64,000 nucleotides of DNA from a virus. The position numbers and the translations under genes were made by a program. The DNA lies in the IMG/VR virus record IMGVR_UViG_3300026097_000017, positions 16,074-80,073 of that record, one strand, 5' to 3'. Below are positions 1 through 8,581 of the stretch, one piece after another. Numbering within the stretch: the first letter of the stretch is position 1; each line of letters opens with the position of its first letter. The notes under the pieces were generated by a model, which had not been told where the DNA came from, did no database searches, and was given only the letters and a program-made list of their open reading frames with translations.

Positions 1-9
1 CAAGCGTTT

Positions 10-396
10 TTATGAAAAAAATTCTAATAATTTTAGTCCGACTGCAGTAGCAGTGACAGCAGATCCTATCATAATTGCCTTATCGTTCCAGAGACCACCA
101 ACATATACCCAGCCAATTGCTGAAATGAAATAAGAGATAGTCCCGTAAAGTGCAAAAGAACTGCTCATCAAGAATATGCCCATGACACCAGTAATTACTG
201 ACATCCATTTTACTATCCAAGAAATATCATCTCTGGGGGTAGCTGGAGTCAGAGCATCATTTTCAGCCTGTAAAGCAGTCAGCTCTTCATTCAATCGCTT
301 TTTTTCTTTACTCAGCTCCATTGCGAGCTGAGCAGCTTTACTCATGACTGCTGGTGAATCCTCTTTAGGAGTTTCTTGATGAGCAGATTTTTCCAT
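10..396 (-). CDS. hypothetical membrane protein (N-terminal coiled coil, ~3 TM helices)
   Basis: 128-aa ORF abutting the next gene; hydrophobic C-terminal half. Confidence 0.7.
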   Translation of the reverse strand: MEKSAHQETPKEDSPAVMSKAAQLAMELSKEKKRLNEELTALQAENDALTPATPRDDISWIVKWMSVITGVMGIFLMSSSFALYGTISYFISAIGWVYVGGLWNDKAIMIGSAVTATAVGLKLLEFFS

Positions 397-666
397 TTAT
401 GTAATCAATCCTGATGTTGCTTGCCGATATGCCTTGACGACATCATCATTAGTGGCAGTATAGAACACATAATTTTGAATGGTGATCTCATCAGGATTGT
501 CTTCGCCTGTCATACAGACTCCGCGAGCAAACCCCATGTTTCCACCTTCACCGTAAACTAACATGCGTGGGTCATCTAGAGTGATGGCTCCACCGCCTGT
601 GTTATTTAACTTACCTACAAACTCACCTGCCATTGTGACGACAGAAACTACTTGACCTTTATTCAT
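397..666 (-). CDS. small beta-rich hypothetical protein (possibly Sm-like fold)
   Basis: 89 aa, 'VVSVVTMAGEFVGKL...TLDDPR' pattern; fold call is an impression only. Confidence 0.6.
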   Translation of the reverse strand: MNKGQVVSVVTMAGEFVGKLNNTGGGAITLDDPRMLVYGEGGNMGFARGVCMTGEDNPDEITIQNYVFYTATNDDVVKAYRQATSGLIT

Positions 667-671
667 CTTCT

Positions 672-1205
672 TTACCTTTTTAGCATTACTCTCAATTCAT
701 TGTGTCCATTCTTCAAAGTGTGAACGGCATGATCATCTATTTTACATCTATCAAGATGTTTAGTCAACTTTTCTAACCACCACTGTGGCTCTTTTATAAT
801 TATATGAGTGTTACGTCCATCAGGAAGTTTCTTTTGTGCTGGGTAACACGCAATGACCATATAAGCATGGCGATCGATCAGTTTATCCATACCTTGAACA
901 ATCTCAGCAAGATACTCAAATTCTAGATGTTCCATTACATCAAGACAGAACATCATATCATAAGATTGTGTTGGATATTGGTGATACTTTTCTACTGCTG
1001 GATCATATCCATCAACTTGGATATCAGGAAAATCTTCTTTAAGTTTATTAACAAGATTTCCATGAGCGCAACCATAATCTAGAATAGATTTGGGATTATG
1101 CTTGGTAACAAAGTTGAATGCATCTTCATATTCATTTAAACGTCCAGCAAACATATTACGCTGATGCATCGATGATAACTGCACTTTATAGTTTTCTGAA
1201 ATCAT
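672..1205 (-). CDS. class I SAM-dependent methyltransferase
   Basis: Motif I 'ILDYGCAHG', 'GYDP', 'DVMEHL'; start moved to ATG 1205 (AGGA upstream) because the longer ORF runs through a structured RNA. Confidence 0.85.
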   Translation of the reverse strand: MISENYKVQLSSMHQRNMFAGRLNEYEDAFNFVTKHNPKSILDYGCAHGNLVNKLKEDFPDIQVDGYDPAVEKYHQYPTQSYDMMFCLDVMEHLEFEYLAEIVQGMDKLIDRHAYMVIACYPAQKKLPDGRNTHIIIKEPQWWLEKLTKHLDRCKIDDHAVHTLKNGHNELRVMLKR

Positions 1206-1220
1206 TACATAATTTCCTAG

Positions 1221-1249
1221 TGGAGCCAAGGACAGGAATCGAACATTCC
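1221..1249 (-). pseudogene. tRNA 3'-half remnant (T-loop, acceptor 3' strand, CCA)
   Basis: Minus strand GGAATGTTCGATTCCTGTCCTTGGCTCCA; no matching 5' half nearby. Confidence 0.55.
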
Positions 1250-1258
1250 AAAAATAAA

Positions 1259-1416
1259 TGGCGGAACGGGGGGAATCGGGTAACCCCCAAGGAGGTACTA
1301 TCTGATGTACCTTTCCGAATGGACCTCCTACAACTCGCAACCTCGCTAAAGGTATGGACGCTATCCCTTTGAGTTTACCTTATCCCCCATCAGCGAGAGA
1401 TATTCGGTCACGTTCC
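1259..1416 (-). ncRNA. tRNA-like structured ncRNA ending in CCA (158 nt)
   Basis: 5' GGAACG pairs with 3' CGTTCC-GCCA; GGGGG/CCCCC T-arm-like stem; internal stems CTCGCTGA/TTAGCGAG, AAGGTA/TACCTT, AGGAGGT/ACCTCCT; lies in the tRNA cluster. Confidence 0.7.
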
Positions 1417-1475
1417 TATCGGTGTTGCAATCACCGAACTCGGTTTGTCTAATGATTATTTCATTAGACTGAAAA

Positions 1476-1551
1476 TGGCTGGGATAGTAGGGCTCGAACC
1501 TACGACCGAAGGATTAACAGTCCTTTGCTCTACCAACTGAGCTATATCCCA
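1476..1551 (-). tRNA. tRNA-Asn (GTT)
   Basis: TGGGATATAGCTCAGTTGGTAGAGCAAAGGACTGTTAATCCTTCGGTCGTAGGTTCGAGCCCTACTATCCCAGCCA; full cloverleaf, encoded CCA. Confidence 0.96.
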
Positions 1552-1557
1552 ATAAAT

Positions 1558-1634
1558 TGGCGTCCCCTGCAGGATTCGAACCTGCGACCCACAGCTTAGA
1601 AGGCTGTTGCTCTATCCAGCTGAGCTAAGGGGAC
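1558..1634 (-). tRNA. tRNA-Arg (TCT)
   Basis: GTCCCCTTAGCTCAGCTGGATAGAGCAACAGCCTTCTAAGCTGTGGGTCGCAGGTTCGAATCCTGCAGGGGACGCCA; full cloverleaf. Confidence 0.96.
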
Positions 1635-1640
1635 AAAACT

Positions 1641-1739
1641 TTAAAACTTACAATCACTCTTTGCAATTAAATAGATAGCTGCTACAACGAGAACGCCACC
1701 AAGAAGAATCACATCAAGATAGTTTTGGGTGTATTCCAT
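1641..1739 (-). CDS. 32-aa single-TM microprotein (not in ORF track)
   Basis: MEYTQNYLDVILLGGVLVVAAIYLIAKSDCKF; GAGG RBS; directly downstream of a sigma70-type promoter. Confidence 0.6.
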   Translation of the reverse strand: MEYTQNYLDVILLGGVLVVAAIYLIAKSDCKF

Positions 1740-1767
1740 AAAAACCTCATAACAAATCAACTATTCA

Positions 1768-1796
1768 ATTATAAGAGATACTCGCACAAAAAGCAA
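1768..1796 (-). promoter_or_regulatory. sigma70-type promoter for the tRNA region
   Basis: TTGCTT-N17-TATAAT. Confidence 0.8.
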
Positions 1797-1807
1797 GCAT
1801 TTTTTTT

Positions 1808-1840
1808 AAAAAAGATGGGGGGATTTAACCCCCACCCATC
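1808..1840 (-). terminator. intrinsic terminator
   Basis: GATGGGTGGGGG...CCCCCCATC stem followed by a T run, overlapping the stop of 1839-2786. Confidence 0.75.
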
Positions 1841-2786
1841 AAGCTGCCTCAGCGAAATCAATCGCTGTTTCAAGAGCCTTCAACTTAGTCCGCTGGTTAG
1901 CACCGAACCAAGCAGAAGTCAGACGAGTATCAGTACTGCGTCCCAACTCATGGTCAGTCAGATAAGTCACAGCATTAAATGCCTGCCACCAAGAACCTTC
2001 CGCAAACTCAGCTCCTGGTTGAGTATGTAGCACTTCCTTCGCACGCAGAGCATTACGTGACACTTCCTTCTTACCAGAAGTTGGCCAAATCACATTGAAA
2101 TAGTCATCAATGCTTTGATTGGTGAAACGCTTATTACCAAGGAAGAAAGCCATATCCTTGTACTGCTCCATCTTCTCATGCGAGATACCCAGAGTTTCTT
2201 TCACCATGTCAGCATTAAATGCACGACGGTGATTCACTGAAATCGCATTCAAAGAGTTACTGTTCAGAGAAGCAGTCAACGTATTGTTGCAGACTACACG
2301 GATCGGTGTGAACCGAATATTGATCCCTGAACCAAACTCATGAGGATTAGAGAACAGAAGATATCCTTCCATCTTATCGCCATTGAATAACTCAAATCCT
2401 TCATCCTTGAGTTTAGCGAGAACCCATACTAACTTACCCTCACGCAGAGAACCAGCCGTATGCATCTCCATAGAACCTTCATCTACAAACTCACGGAAGA
2501 ACTCGAATGCTTCGCGGTTTTGTACAGGGTTCCAAGCATCAGAGATCTGAGACAAGAACTTGCCATCAGAATCACGAACCAATGCTTTCTTACCTGTTTT
2601 GACCATCTCGCCACCCAACTCATAAAAAGTATCGGTAGCATACACATTCCAGTCAAGACCAGATTTCACGAGCATGTCATCTACAGAGATGTCATTATTC
2701 ACAGCTGTACCCAAGCCATGCCAAGGAGTTTCACCAGCATAAGCCATTTGGGCTTTCCCATTCACAAATTCTAAATTATGAGCCAT
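1839..2786 (-). CDS. DUF932/DUF945 (TIGR03299-type) phage/plasmid protein
   Basis: 'MAY.GETPWHGLG', 'VQNREAFEFF', 'TPIRVVCNNTL', 'GSWWQAFNAVT' are typical of this family. Confidence 0.88.
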   Translation of the reverse strand: MAHNLEFVNGKAQMAYAGETPWHGLGTAVNNDISVDDMLVKSGLDWNVYATDTFYELGGEMVKTGKKALVRDSDGKFLSQISDAWNPVQNREAFEFFREFVDEGSMEMHTAGSLREGKLVWVLAKLKDEGFELFNGDKMEGYLLFSNPHEFGSGINIRFTPIRVVCNNTLTASLNSNSLNAISVNHRRAFNADMVKETLGISHEKMEQYKDMAFFLGNKRFTNQSIDDYFNVIWPTSGKKEVSRNALRAKEVLHTQPGAEFAEGSWWQAFNAVTYLTDHELGRSTDTRLTSAWFGANQRTKLKALETAIDFAEAA

Positions 2787-2817
2787 AATAAAATTTCCTT
2801 TTCACAATTGAACATAC

Positions 2818-2846
2818 ATTCTAATTTATTCTGACAAAAAAGTCAA
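2818..2846 (-). promoter_or_regulatory. sigma70-type early promoter
   Basis: TTGACT-N17-TAGAAT. Confidence 0.8.
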
Positions 2847-3043
2847 GCATTTGGCAAAACTTTTTTTGTAATATTTTCAAATTTTCTACGAGACCGACTG
2901 AATGACAGCGGTTTATTGAAGAAGAATGGTGCGCTTTCACCCTCACGCTTGAAGGCAACCAGTTTCCCACCCTCATTAAGATAATAAGTGTGTGGGTACA
3001 AACCTTCAGTCGTTTCTACTAGCACTTTGCAGTAGTCACTCAT
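2843..3043 (-). CDS. hypothetical early protein
   Basis: 66 aa, ATGA overlap with the upstream gene. Confidence 0.7.
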   Translation of the reverse strand: MSDYCKVLVETTEGLYPHTYYLNEGGKLVAFKREGESAPFFFNKPLSFSRSRRKFENITKKVLPNA

Positions 3044-3438
3044 ACTGTCACCTCCAAGTCAGCATACTCTTCGTATGGAAGAGGCTCGCAATCATCAGGC
3101 AAACCTTTCTTCCACTCGGCAGCAAGAGCCTCAGCTTCTTGCTCTTGCTCAAACTGAAGACGGAGCTGGTAACAGATATTCTCGTAGGTCTGTTCCAGAT
3201 CCTCAATATCCATTTCGTCCCAAGCAAGACGCATGCGGCAACCATAGAGGTCTTTCGACGCATCACTGATGCCATTGATCAGCTCATTACGCTTGAAGTC
3301 CTCTACAGTGTAGACACCCATCTCAGCCCAATGACTCAAGTCATCAGTGTACTTAGACATCCACAGTCCAGGTTCCTGCTCCATCATCAGATCAGCTTTA
3401 GCATTCAAGGACTCAATGTATTGAAGTAAACCAGACAT
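3040..3438 (-). CDS. acidic hypothetical early protein
   Basis: Start at MSGLLQY (3438) with GAGG RBS, downstream of a promoter. Confidence 0.75.
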   Translation of the reverse strand: MSGLLQYIESLNAKADLMMEQEPGLWMSKYTDDLSHWAEMGVYTVEDFKRNELINGISDASKDLYGCRMRLAWDEMDIEDLEQTYENICYQLRLQFEQEQEAEALAAEWKKGLPDDCEPLPYEEYADLEVTV

Positions 3439-3469
3439 AATAAAACCTCTTTTTCTCAACAACAAATAT

Positions 3470-3498
3470 AGTATGCATCATTGTGAGAAAAAAAGCAA
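3470..3498 (-). promoter_or_regulatory. sigma70-type early promoter with AT-rich upstream element
   Basis: TTGCTT-N17-CATACT; upstream 23 bp identical to window positions 1-23. Confidence 0.75.
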
Positions 3499-3523
3499 GC
3501 GTTTTTATGAAAAAAATTTAATT

Positions 3524-4327
3524 TTATTCTATGCCCATTTCTTTACGGATTTTAGTGGCACTGATTTGCTCAATGTCTTCACCTAAATGTTCCTGTTCAA
3601 TCTTATAGCCGACATCTCTACCATAGGTGATGTTGACGATATTAGGAACTACCATGATTTTGTATCTACCCTTATAATCCATGTCTAGTGCACGTGTGAT
3701 CCTTTCTTTTACGAAATTGGGATCAAAGGGATTGCTGTCATTCCAGCCCTGACAATCACGAATCATGATGACGACTTGCCCATGTTTTGCGAGTGCCTTC
3801 TCAAATAGAGTCTGATGTCCTAAATGCCATGGCTGCCAGCGTCCAAGCATCTGTACAGTTTCTTTGCGATTATCCCACTCATATGGCTGAGTTTTTCCAT
3901 TGATACGATCAGCAATTATCTCCGCATACTTATCTGCATTTTCTTCAGTCATCTCATATGAAAGTCTGAAATCATAGTTGTCAGGGTTTTTGAACTTTTT
4001 ATTAGTGTCCTCAAACCTACCCTCATCAATCGTATCCATCCAAATAATCCAGTCTGGGTTAAACTCAGCTCTCAACAAATGCGTTGGGCAAACAAAATCA
4101 GCAATCGCATATTTTGTTGCTGATGTCTCACACAACTTACGCATTCTAGTTGCTTGACGCAGTCTTCCCAAATCAGAAAAGTCCCAGTCATCATACTTCT
4201 CGCGGACTTTGTCAGCATTAAACCACTCAGCATCGCCCAATATTTTCTGTAGCTTTTCAGCGAAATATGTTTTTCCTGATCCAGGCAAGCCCATGATGAG
4301 AATTTTGATTGGTTCAGCTTTGTTCAT
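3524..4327 (-). CDS. adenylyl-sulfate (APS) kinase-like P-loop domain fused to a HIGH-family nucleotidyltransferase domain
   Basis: 'GLPGSGKT', 'NADKVR', 'ADFVCP', then 'GRWQPWHLGH' and 'ISATKIR'. Confidence 0.8.
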   Translation of the reverse strand: MNKAEPIKILIMGLPGSGKTYFAEKLQKILGDAEWFNADKVREKYDDWDFSDLGRLRQATRMRKLCETSATKYAIADFVCPTHLLRAEFNPDWIIWMDTIDEGRFEDTNKKFKNPDNYDFRLSYEMTEENADKYAEIIADRINGKTQPYEWDNRKETVQMLGRWQPWHLGHQTLFEKALAKHGQVVIMIRDCQGWNDSNPFDPNFVKERITRALDMDYKGRYKIMVVPNIVNITYGRDVGYKIEQEHLGEDIEQISATKIRKEMGIE

Positions 4328-4526
4328 GTTTACCCCATTTAATTTTAGCCCAACCACGTTCGTGGTAGTAATACAGAATTATTTTAGTTATGAACTCCAA
4401 GGAAGCGATACCTGTTGCTGCCGCAGGGTTCCCAGTGATCCACCAACTAATTAAGAATGTGCTAGCAGTTGCTATGAATCTCCAACTAGCAGTCTTAGCT
4501 ATAGATCTTAGTTTGCTTTCCTTCAT
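4314..4526 (-). CDS. DUF2061 small membrane protein
   Basis: 'RSIAKTASWR...YYYHERGW..I.WG' signature. Confidence 0.85.
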   Translation of the reverse strand: MKESKLRSIAKTASWRFIATASTFLISWWITGNPAAATGIASLEFITKIILYYYHERGWAKIKWGKHEQS

Positions 4527-5340
4527 GAAAATCGCATATGTCCTGATAAATTTCTTCTGGATGAATTGAATTCATCGCATCCTTACAATGCGAGCAATTG
4601 ATTTGCTTTCCGCAAGGTGTTTCTGGGTGATCATACACATAATATGTTTGATTACGATTACGATAACCTGTAATATTGGGAGTAATTACACCACCACAAA
4701 TTACAAAGGCACGTTTATTTCTCGCTGCAGCAAAGTGATGCATTCCACCCTCTGTTGTTACGATTGCCTTTGACCATTCAGCGATAGCGAATGCATCACG
4801 AATATTATCAACCTCAATATTGTATGCACCCTCAAGTTCTGGCTCATCGTATTCAACACGTCCTGACACATCAGTGTAGTTTCTAGAGGGAACTAATCTA
4901 ACCACGTGGTATTTTCTACGAACTAGATCACACAGTCGCTGCCACTTATCAAACCCCCAAACCTTATTGTCAGCGAGAGTTGTTCTTTTAGCATCAGGAT
5001 TTAAAATGACAAATGGTTTATTATCTTGAATGATTCTGTTCAAAGTCACTATTGACCATAAACTTTCTTCATCAGAGATTGAATATGGTGCTGGGATTGG
5101 TTCATAAGGTTGATAGTGAATACAACCATTACCCCAACCTTTTATATACCAACGATTGCCGTTGGGCTTTTCAGGAACATAAATCTTTTCACAATCAGTA
5201 ACAGCGTCATGGTCGACAACCCAATTCAGATCATCCCAAATGATTGATTTTTTTCGGTTAGCATGCACGACAGAGGTTGGGTTCTTTTCCCAAACTTTCC
5301 TTGCCTCACCCAACCACATCAAGTCATCACCCCAACCCAT
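4495..5340 (-). CDS. GT9 (heptosyltransferase-like) glycosyltransferase
   Basis: 'MGWGDDLM', 'NKVWGFDKWQ', 'TTEGGMHHFAAA'. Confidence 0.75.
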   Translation of the reverse strand: MGWGDDLMWLGEARKVWEKNPTSVVHANRKKSIIWDDLNWVVDHDAVTDCEKIYVPEKPNGNRWYIKGWGNGCIHYQPYEPIPAPYSISDEESLWSIVTLNRIIQDNKPFVILNPDAKRTTLADNKVWGFDKWQRLCDLVRRKYHVVRLVPSRNYTDVSGRVEYDEPELEGAYNIEVDNIRDAFAIAEWSKAIVTTEGGMHHFAAARNKRAFVICGGVITPNITGYRNRNQTYYVYDHPETPCGKQINCSHCKDAMNSIHPEEIYQDICDFHEGKQTKIYS

Positions 5341-6272
5341 TATACACCTCTCAAGTGTTCCCAGACTTTGCCGTTTTTAAGTTCTTTTTGATGCCATTGC
5401 GCATAAGACAAATCATACAACCACTGCATACGCTCTTGTTCATTGACCATCTTAGGATCTAACAATGCATCGACGCTAGTGCTACTTATATCATAAGCAA
5501 AACTTCCAGGATCACAAGCGATGACAGGAACACCATTGACTACAGCATCAACTGCATAACCAGAAGAATACGTGAATGCAACCCAGCAATCTTTAAATGA
5601 ATCCAGCAAGTTTTCCTTTGTTCCAACTTCAAATTCGCAACCAAGTTCAATCATACCATCTATGTAACTCTGATCAAATTCACGCTGTAACTGTGGAGTT
5701 CTGACCACGATACGTCTTTCTAGTCCTAGTGTTAATAATATTTCTTTTACATCTTTGGCAGTTTCATATGCCCACTTAGAAATATTAGCACCTCTCAATG
5801 AGGCATCTCCTGGAAGTTGTAGAGCGATAGTGATTCTATTACCTTCAGTTCGCCATGGCTTGACATCAATCTCCAAGTCTTTTTGTATTTTAGTCCAACG
5901 ATCACTAGGACTGTTTACATTATTGAAGTTGCCAGTGTCTGCTAGGAATCCATTGACGCCAATACGATGATACACGTCAGACATAACGTTCTCAACTTTT
6001 TTTCTGCCGAGCAATGGTGTCTCAATACAAATAAACTTTGCATTTTCACGTTTACAAAATCTAACTACTTCATTTTTAACTCTATGGTGTTCATCATCTC
6101 TTGACTTCCATGATCCCCAAATAACATGATAATCTGCATAATCAGGAAATATGCTTCCATCAAAATGTAAATCTGCTACATCACCAAACTTATTGATGCT
6201 CTTAGCAAAGTCCCAAAGAATATCACGCTCAGCTTTATTTGGGGTAGAAAGCATATGAACTGCAACTTGCAT
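5340..6272 (-). CDS. GT-B-fold, capsule-biosynthesis-like protein
   Basis: 'LQLPGDASL', 'TYSSGYAVDAVVNGVPV', 'WLYDLSYAQW'. Confidence 0.6.
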   Translation of the reverse strand: MQVAVHMLSTPNKAERDILWDFAKSINKFGDVADLHFDGSIFPDYADYHVIWGSWKSRDDEHHRVKNEVVRFCKRENAKFICIETPLLGRKKVENVMSDVYHRIGVNGFLADTGNFNNVNSPSDRWTKIQKDLEIDVKPWRTEGNRITIALQLPGDASLRGANISKWAYETAKDVKEILLTLGLERRIVVRTPQLQREFDQSYIDGMIELGCEFEVGTKENLLDSFKDCWVAFTYSSGYAVDAVVNGVPVIACDPGSFAYDISSTSVDALLDPKMVNEQERMQWLYDLSYAQWHQKELKNGKVWEHLRGV

Positions 6273-6273
6273 T

Positions 6274-7011
6274 TTAACGTCCTATAATATTGTAGTCACC
6301 AAACTTTTCGTCAGGAATGCGTTTGGTATGATCATAACCATTTTCTTCAGCTTCTTTTAGTGTGTCCCAGAACAAGTCTACAACATCTTGACGCGAATGC
6401 TGTTCTGGTGTTCCTGTAAACCAAGCAGGTTGCCATGGTTGGGTAGACATCTTAGTATAATGTAATTGAAAGATACTGTCAAGCGTATAATTTTCACCGT
6501 CTAGACAGTTCCACTTAGGATCTAGATCTAAAACATATTCGGAACTTCCTGAGAACCGATTGATATTTCTATGGTGTGAATCTTCATTTCGTTTCATTCG
6601 TCGGACTGGTTGTAATAATTCACCTGCTTTCTCACAATCAATTAACATCACACAAAACTCATGCCCACCAAATCTTTGCCCTCTACGTGCAGCGAATGGT
6701 TTGCCTTCCATGTCTATGTCAAATAAATGAGCAAAGTCAGTAATGTTAATCATATCACAATCAGTATAGATTGCTCTACCTTTAAATTCACAGGCTTCAG
6801 GAATAGCCCAACGGAATCCTGAAAATGGAGTAGACCATCTCCTAGTATCCCAACCACCCCAAATACTATTCTCATTTTGTGTTTGTTTCATCCAATGAAT
6901 TTCTACTTCACGACTAGCATTCTTACGAATAGAATATTCATATGCTGTTTCAATTTTAGCGTCTTCACCATTAGCTGAAGTGCCAATAAAAATACGAATA
7001 GGATCACTCAT
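6274..7011 (-). CDS. GT-A (GT8-like) glycosyltransferase
   Basis: 'RIFIG', 'TPFSGFRWAIP', DxD 'YTDCDM', 'KWNCLD', 'LHYT...QPW'. Confidence 0.8.
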   Translation of the reverse strand: MSDPIRIFIGTSANGEDAKIETAYEYSIRKNASREVEIHWMKQTQNENSIWGGWDTRRWSTPFSGFRWAIPEACEFKGRAIYTDCDMINITDFAHLFDIDMEGKPFAARRGQRFGGHEFCVMLIDCEKAGELLQPVRRMKRNEDSHHRNINRFSGSSEYVLDLDPKWNCLDGENYTLDSIFQLHYTKMSTQPWQPAWFTGTPEQHSRQDVVDLFWDTLKEAEENGYDHTKRIPDEKFGDYNIIGR

Positions 7012-7556
7012 AGCAAATTTTCCTTAACAAATACCATACCTGTCTTTTCTAGCCAAGATTCCTTTCCTCGCTTTTTATCCATAGTAGAGTTCTCTAAAAC
7101 TTCATCCAATATTTTTTGCGAGAACACGAAACCATATTCTTTAAACTTCTCAATCCAATAATCACGCTCTTTGCAATTTACATGCAATGGACCAGGATCC
7201 ATGTTACAAGTGCAGATTACATAATTACATTTATCAAATATCTTCATATAATTATGCATATGCTCTTCAGGGACATGTTCTAGGAACTCTACTGACCAAG
7301 CCAAATCAAACGTCTTATCAGTTTCCCAAGTGCCAACAGTGAAGTCAAGTAAAACATCAGGATTTACCGTGTGATCACCATCAATACCGACTGCTTCTAA
7401 ACCGATTCTCTTGGCGTGACTGACTTGCCCTCCTGGACCACAACCAACATCCACCATAGATTTCACACCATAGTTTTTCATCATCCATTTCAAAGAACCA
7501 CGATCAAACCATGTCTTGTTACTGTGCCCACCTAAATGTGCTGCTAATTCACTCAT
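7008..7556 (-). CDS. class I SAM-dependent methyltransferase
   Basis: 'VDVGCGPG', 'DLAWSVEFLEHV', 'HVN...YW'. Confidence 0.85.
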   Translation of the reverse strand: MSELAAHLGGHSNKTWFDRGSLKWMMKNYGVKSMVDVGCGPGGQVSHAKRIGLEAVGIDGDHTVNPDVLLDFTVGTWETDKTFDLAWSVEFLEHVPEEHMHNYMKIFDKCNYVICTCNMDPGPLHVNCKERDYWIEKFKEYGFVFSQKILDEVLENSTMDKKRGKESWLEKTGMVFVKENLL

Positions 7557-8581
7557 TAAAACTTACTCCAAAAATCGTCACTGTTTCTGGGAACATTAAT
7601 TGCTGTTGCTGACGGATAAGGATTGCTGCTAGAATAATCATTAATTAATATTCGTTCGCCATGAGGAACATCTAGCATCACATTAAAATTGACGAAACCG
7701 TTGTCGATCAAAAAGTCACGAACCTTCTCTTCAGTATATCCAGGTCTGCTAGATACAAACATAAAGTAAGCACCATCATCATGCATCTGCTTTAGTTTCT
7801 TAACCGCATTCGGAATACCAACTATATCTTCCTCAATACTGGGATAAAAATACTCTGACTGATGATTGATTAGCGTTCCATCTAAATCACAAAACACTAC
7901 TGGATATTTTCTTTTGAGATCGTGCCACTCTTTTGCCGTTCCCACATCAACGTAGTCATCAACCTCTACTGAAACAAATACTTCTGTTTCTAACAGTTTC
8001 TTGACAACATGCGAAACGAATCTTTCGTCATCCTGATTCAAAGACTCAAACGCATCACAGTATTCACCAGCGTTGTTGAAGCAGTAACCCCCTACAACAA
8101 TATGATTACTCACCACTGACTTCTCTACAATATTGGTGATGATATTTTGTTCGTTGGTGATTACGAAACTCTTTGCTGCAACATTCTGAACTTGTAAATT
8201 ATTTCTTAGATCTACAGTGCAAATATAGTTTGCTGCATTAACTCGATCAAACTTGAAATGTGCATCGCAATCTTGAATAAACAATGGTTCCTGATCATTA
8301 ATATTGATCGCTATCTGATAAACAGTATCGGCTGGACCTGTTGTTTCATGATCCAAGATAACTACCTGTACAGCGTCACCAAATGCTTTGTTCAGTGCGT
8401 GCTCAGCATTATAGTATTTTGCATGCTCTCTCAGTATCGGGATGAATATAGTATCCTCACCCAACCACTGTTCTGCTGCGTGCTCAATCATCATTCTACC
8501 GTCTGGCATACTGAGTAGATATTTTGGTCTAGTTCCTGGAAACCTTGAGGATTTTCCAGCGCATGGAATTATTACAGCCAT
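7556..8581 (-). CDS. sugar-phosphate nucleotidyltransferase fused to a HAD-like phosphatase
   Basis: 'IPCAGKSSRF...PKYL' NTP-transferase motif, 'DVGT', then HAD 'FCDLDGTL'. Confidence 0.8.
   Translation of the reverse strand: MAVIIPCAGKSSRFPGTRPKYLLSMPDGRMMIEHAAEQWLGEDTIFIPILREHAKYYNAEHALNKAFGDAVQVVILDHETTGPADTVYQIAININDQEPLFIQDCDAHFKFDRVNAANYICTVDLRNNLQVQNVAAKSFVITNEQNIITNIVEKSVVSNHIVVGGYCFNNAGEYCDAFESLNQDDERFVSHVVKKLLETEVFVSVEVDDYVDVGTAKEWHDLKRKYPVVFCDLDGTLINHQSEYFYPSIEEDIVGIPNAVKKLKQMHDDGAYFMFVSSRPGYTEEKVRDFLIDNGFVNFNVMLDVPHGERILINDYSSSNPYPSATAINVPRNSDDFWSKF

Noticed and set aside
1206-1340. 45-aa N-terminal extension of the methyltransferase in the ORF track
   Set aside because: Runs through the tRNA-like RNA and tRNA remnant; an ATG with RBS exists at 1205
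1259-1416. tmRNA or tRNA-Sec interpretation of the structured RNA
   Set aside because: No Ala identity elements or tag ORF and too short for tmRNA; the TCA triplet is not in a proper anticodon stem-loop and the RNA is much longer than tRNA-Sec
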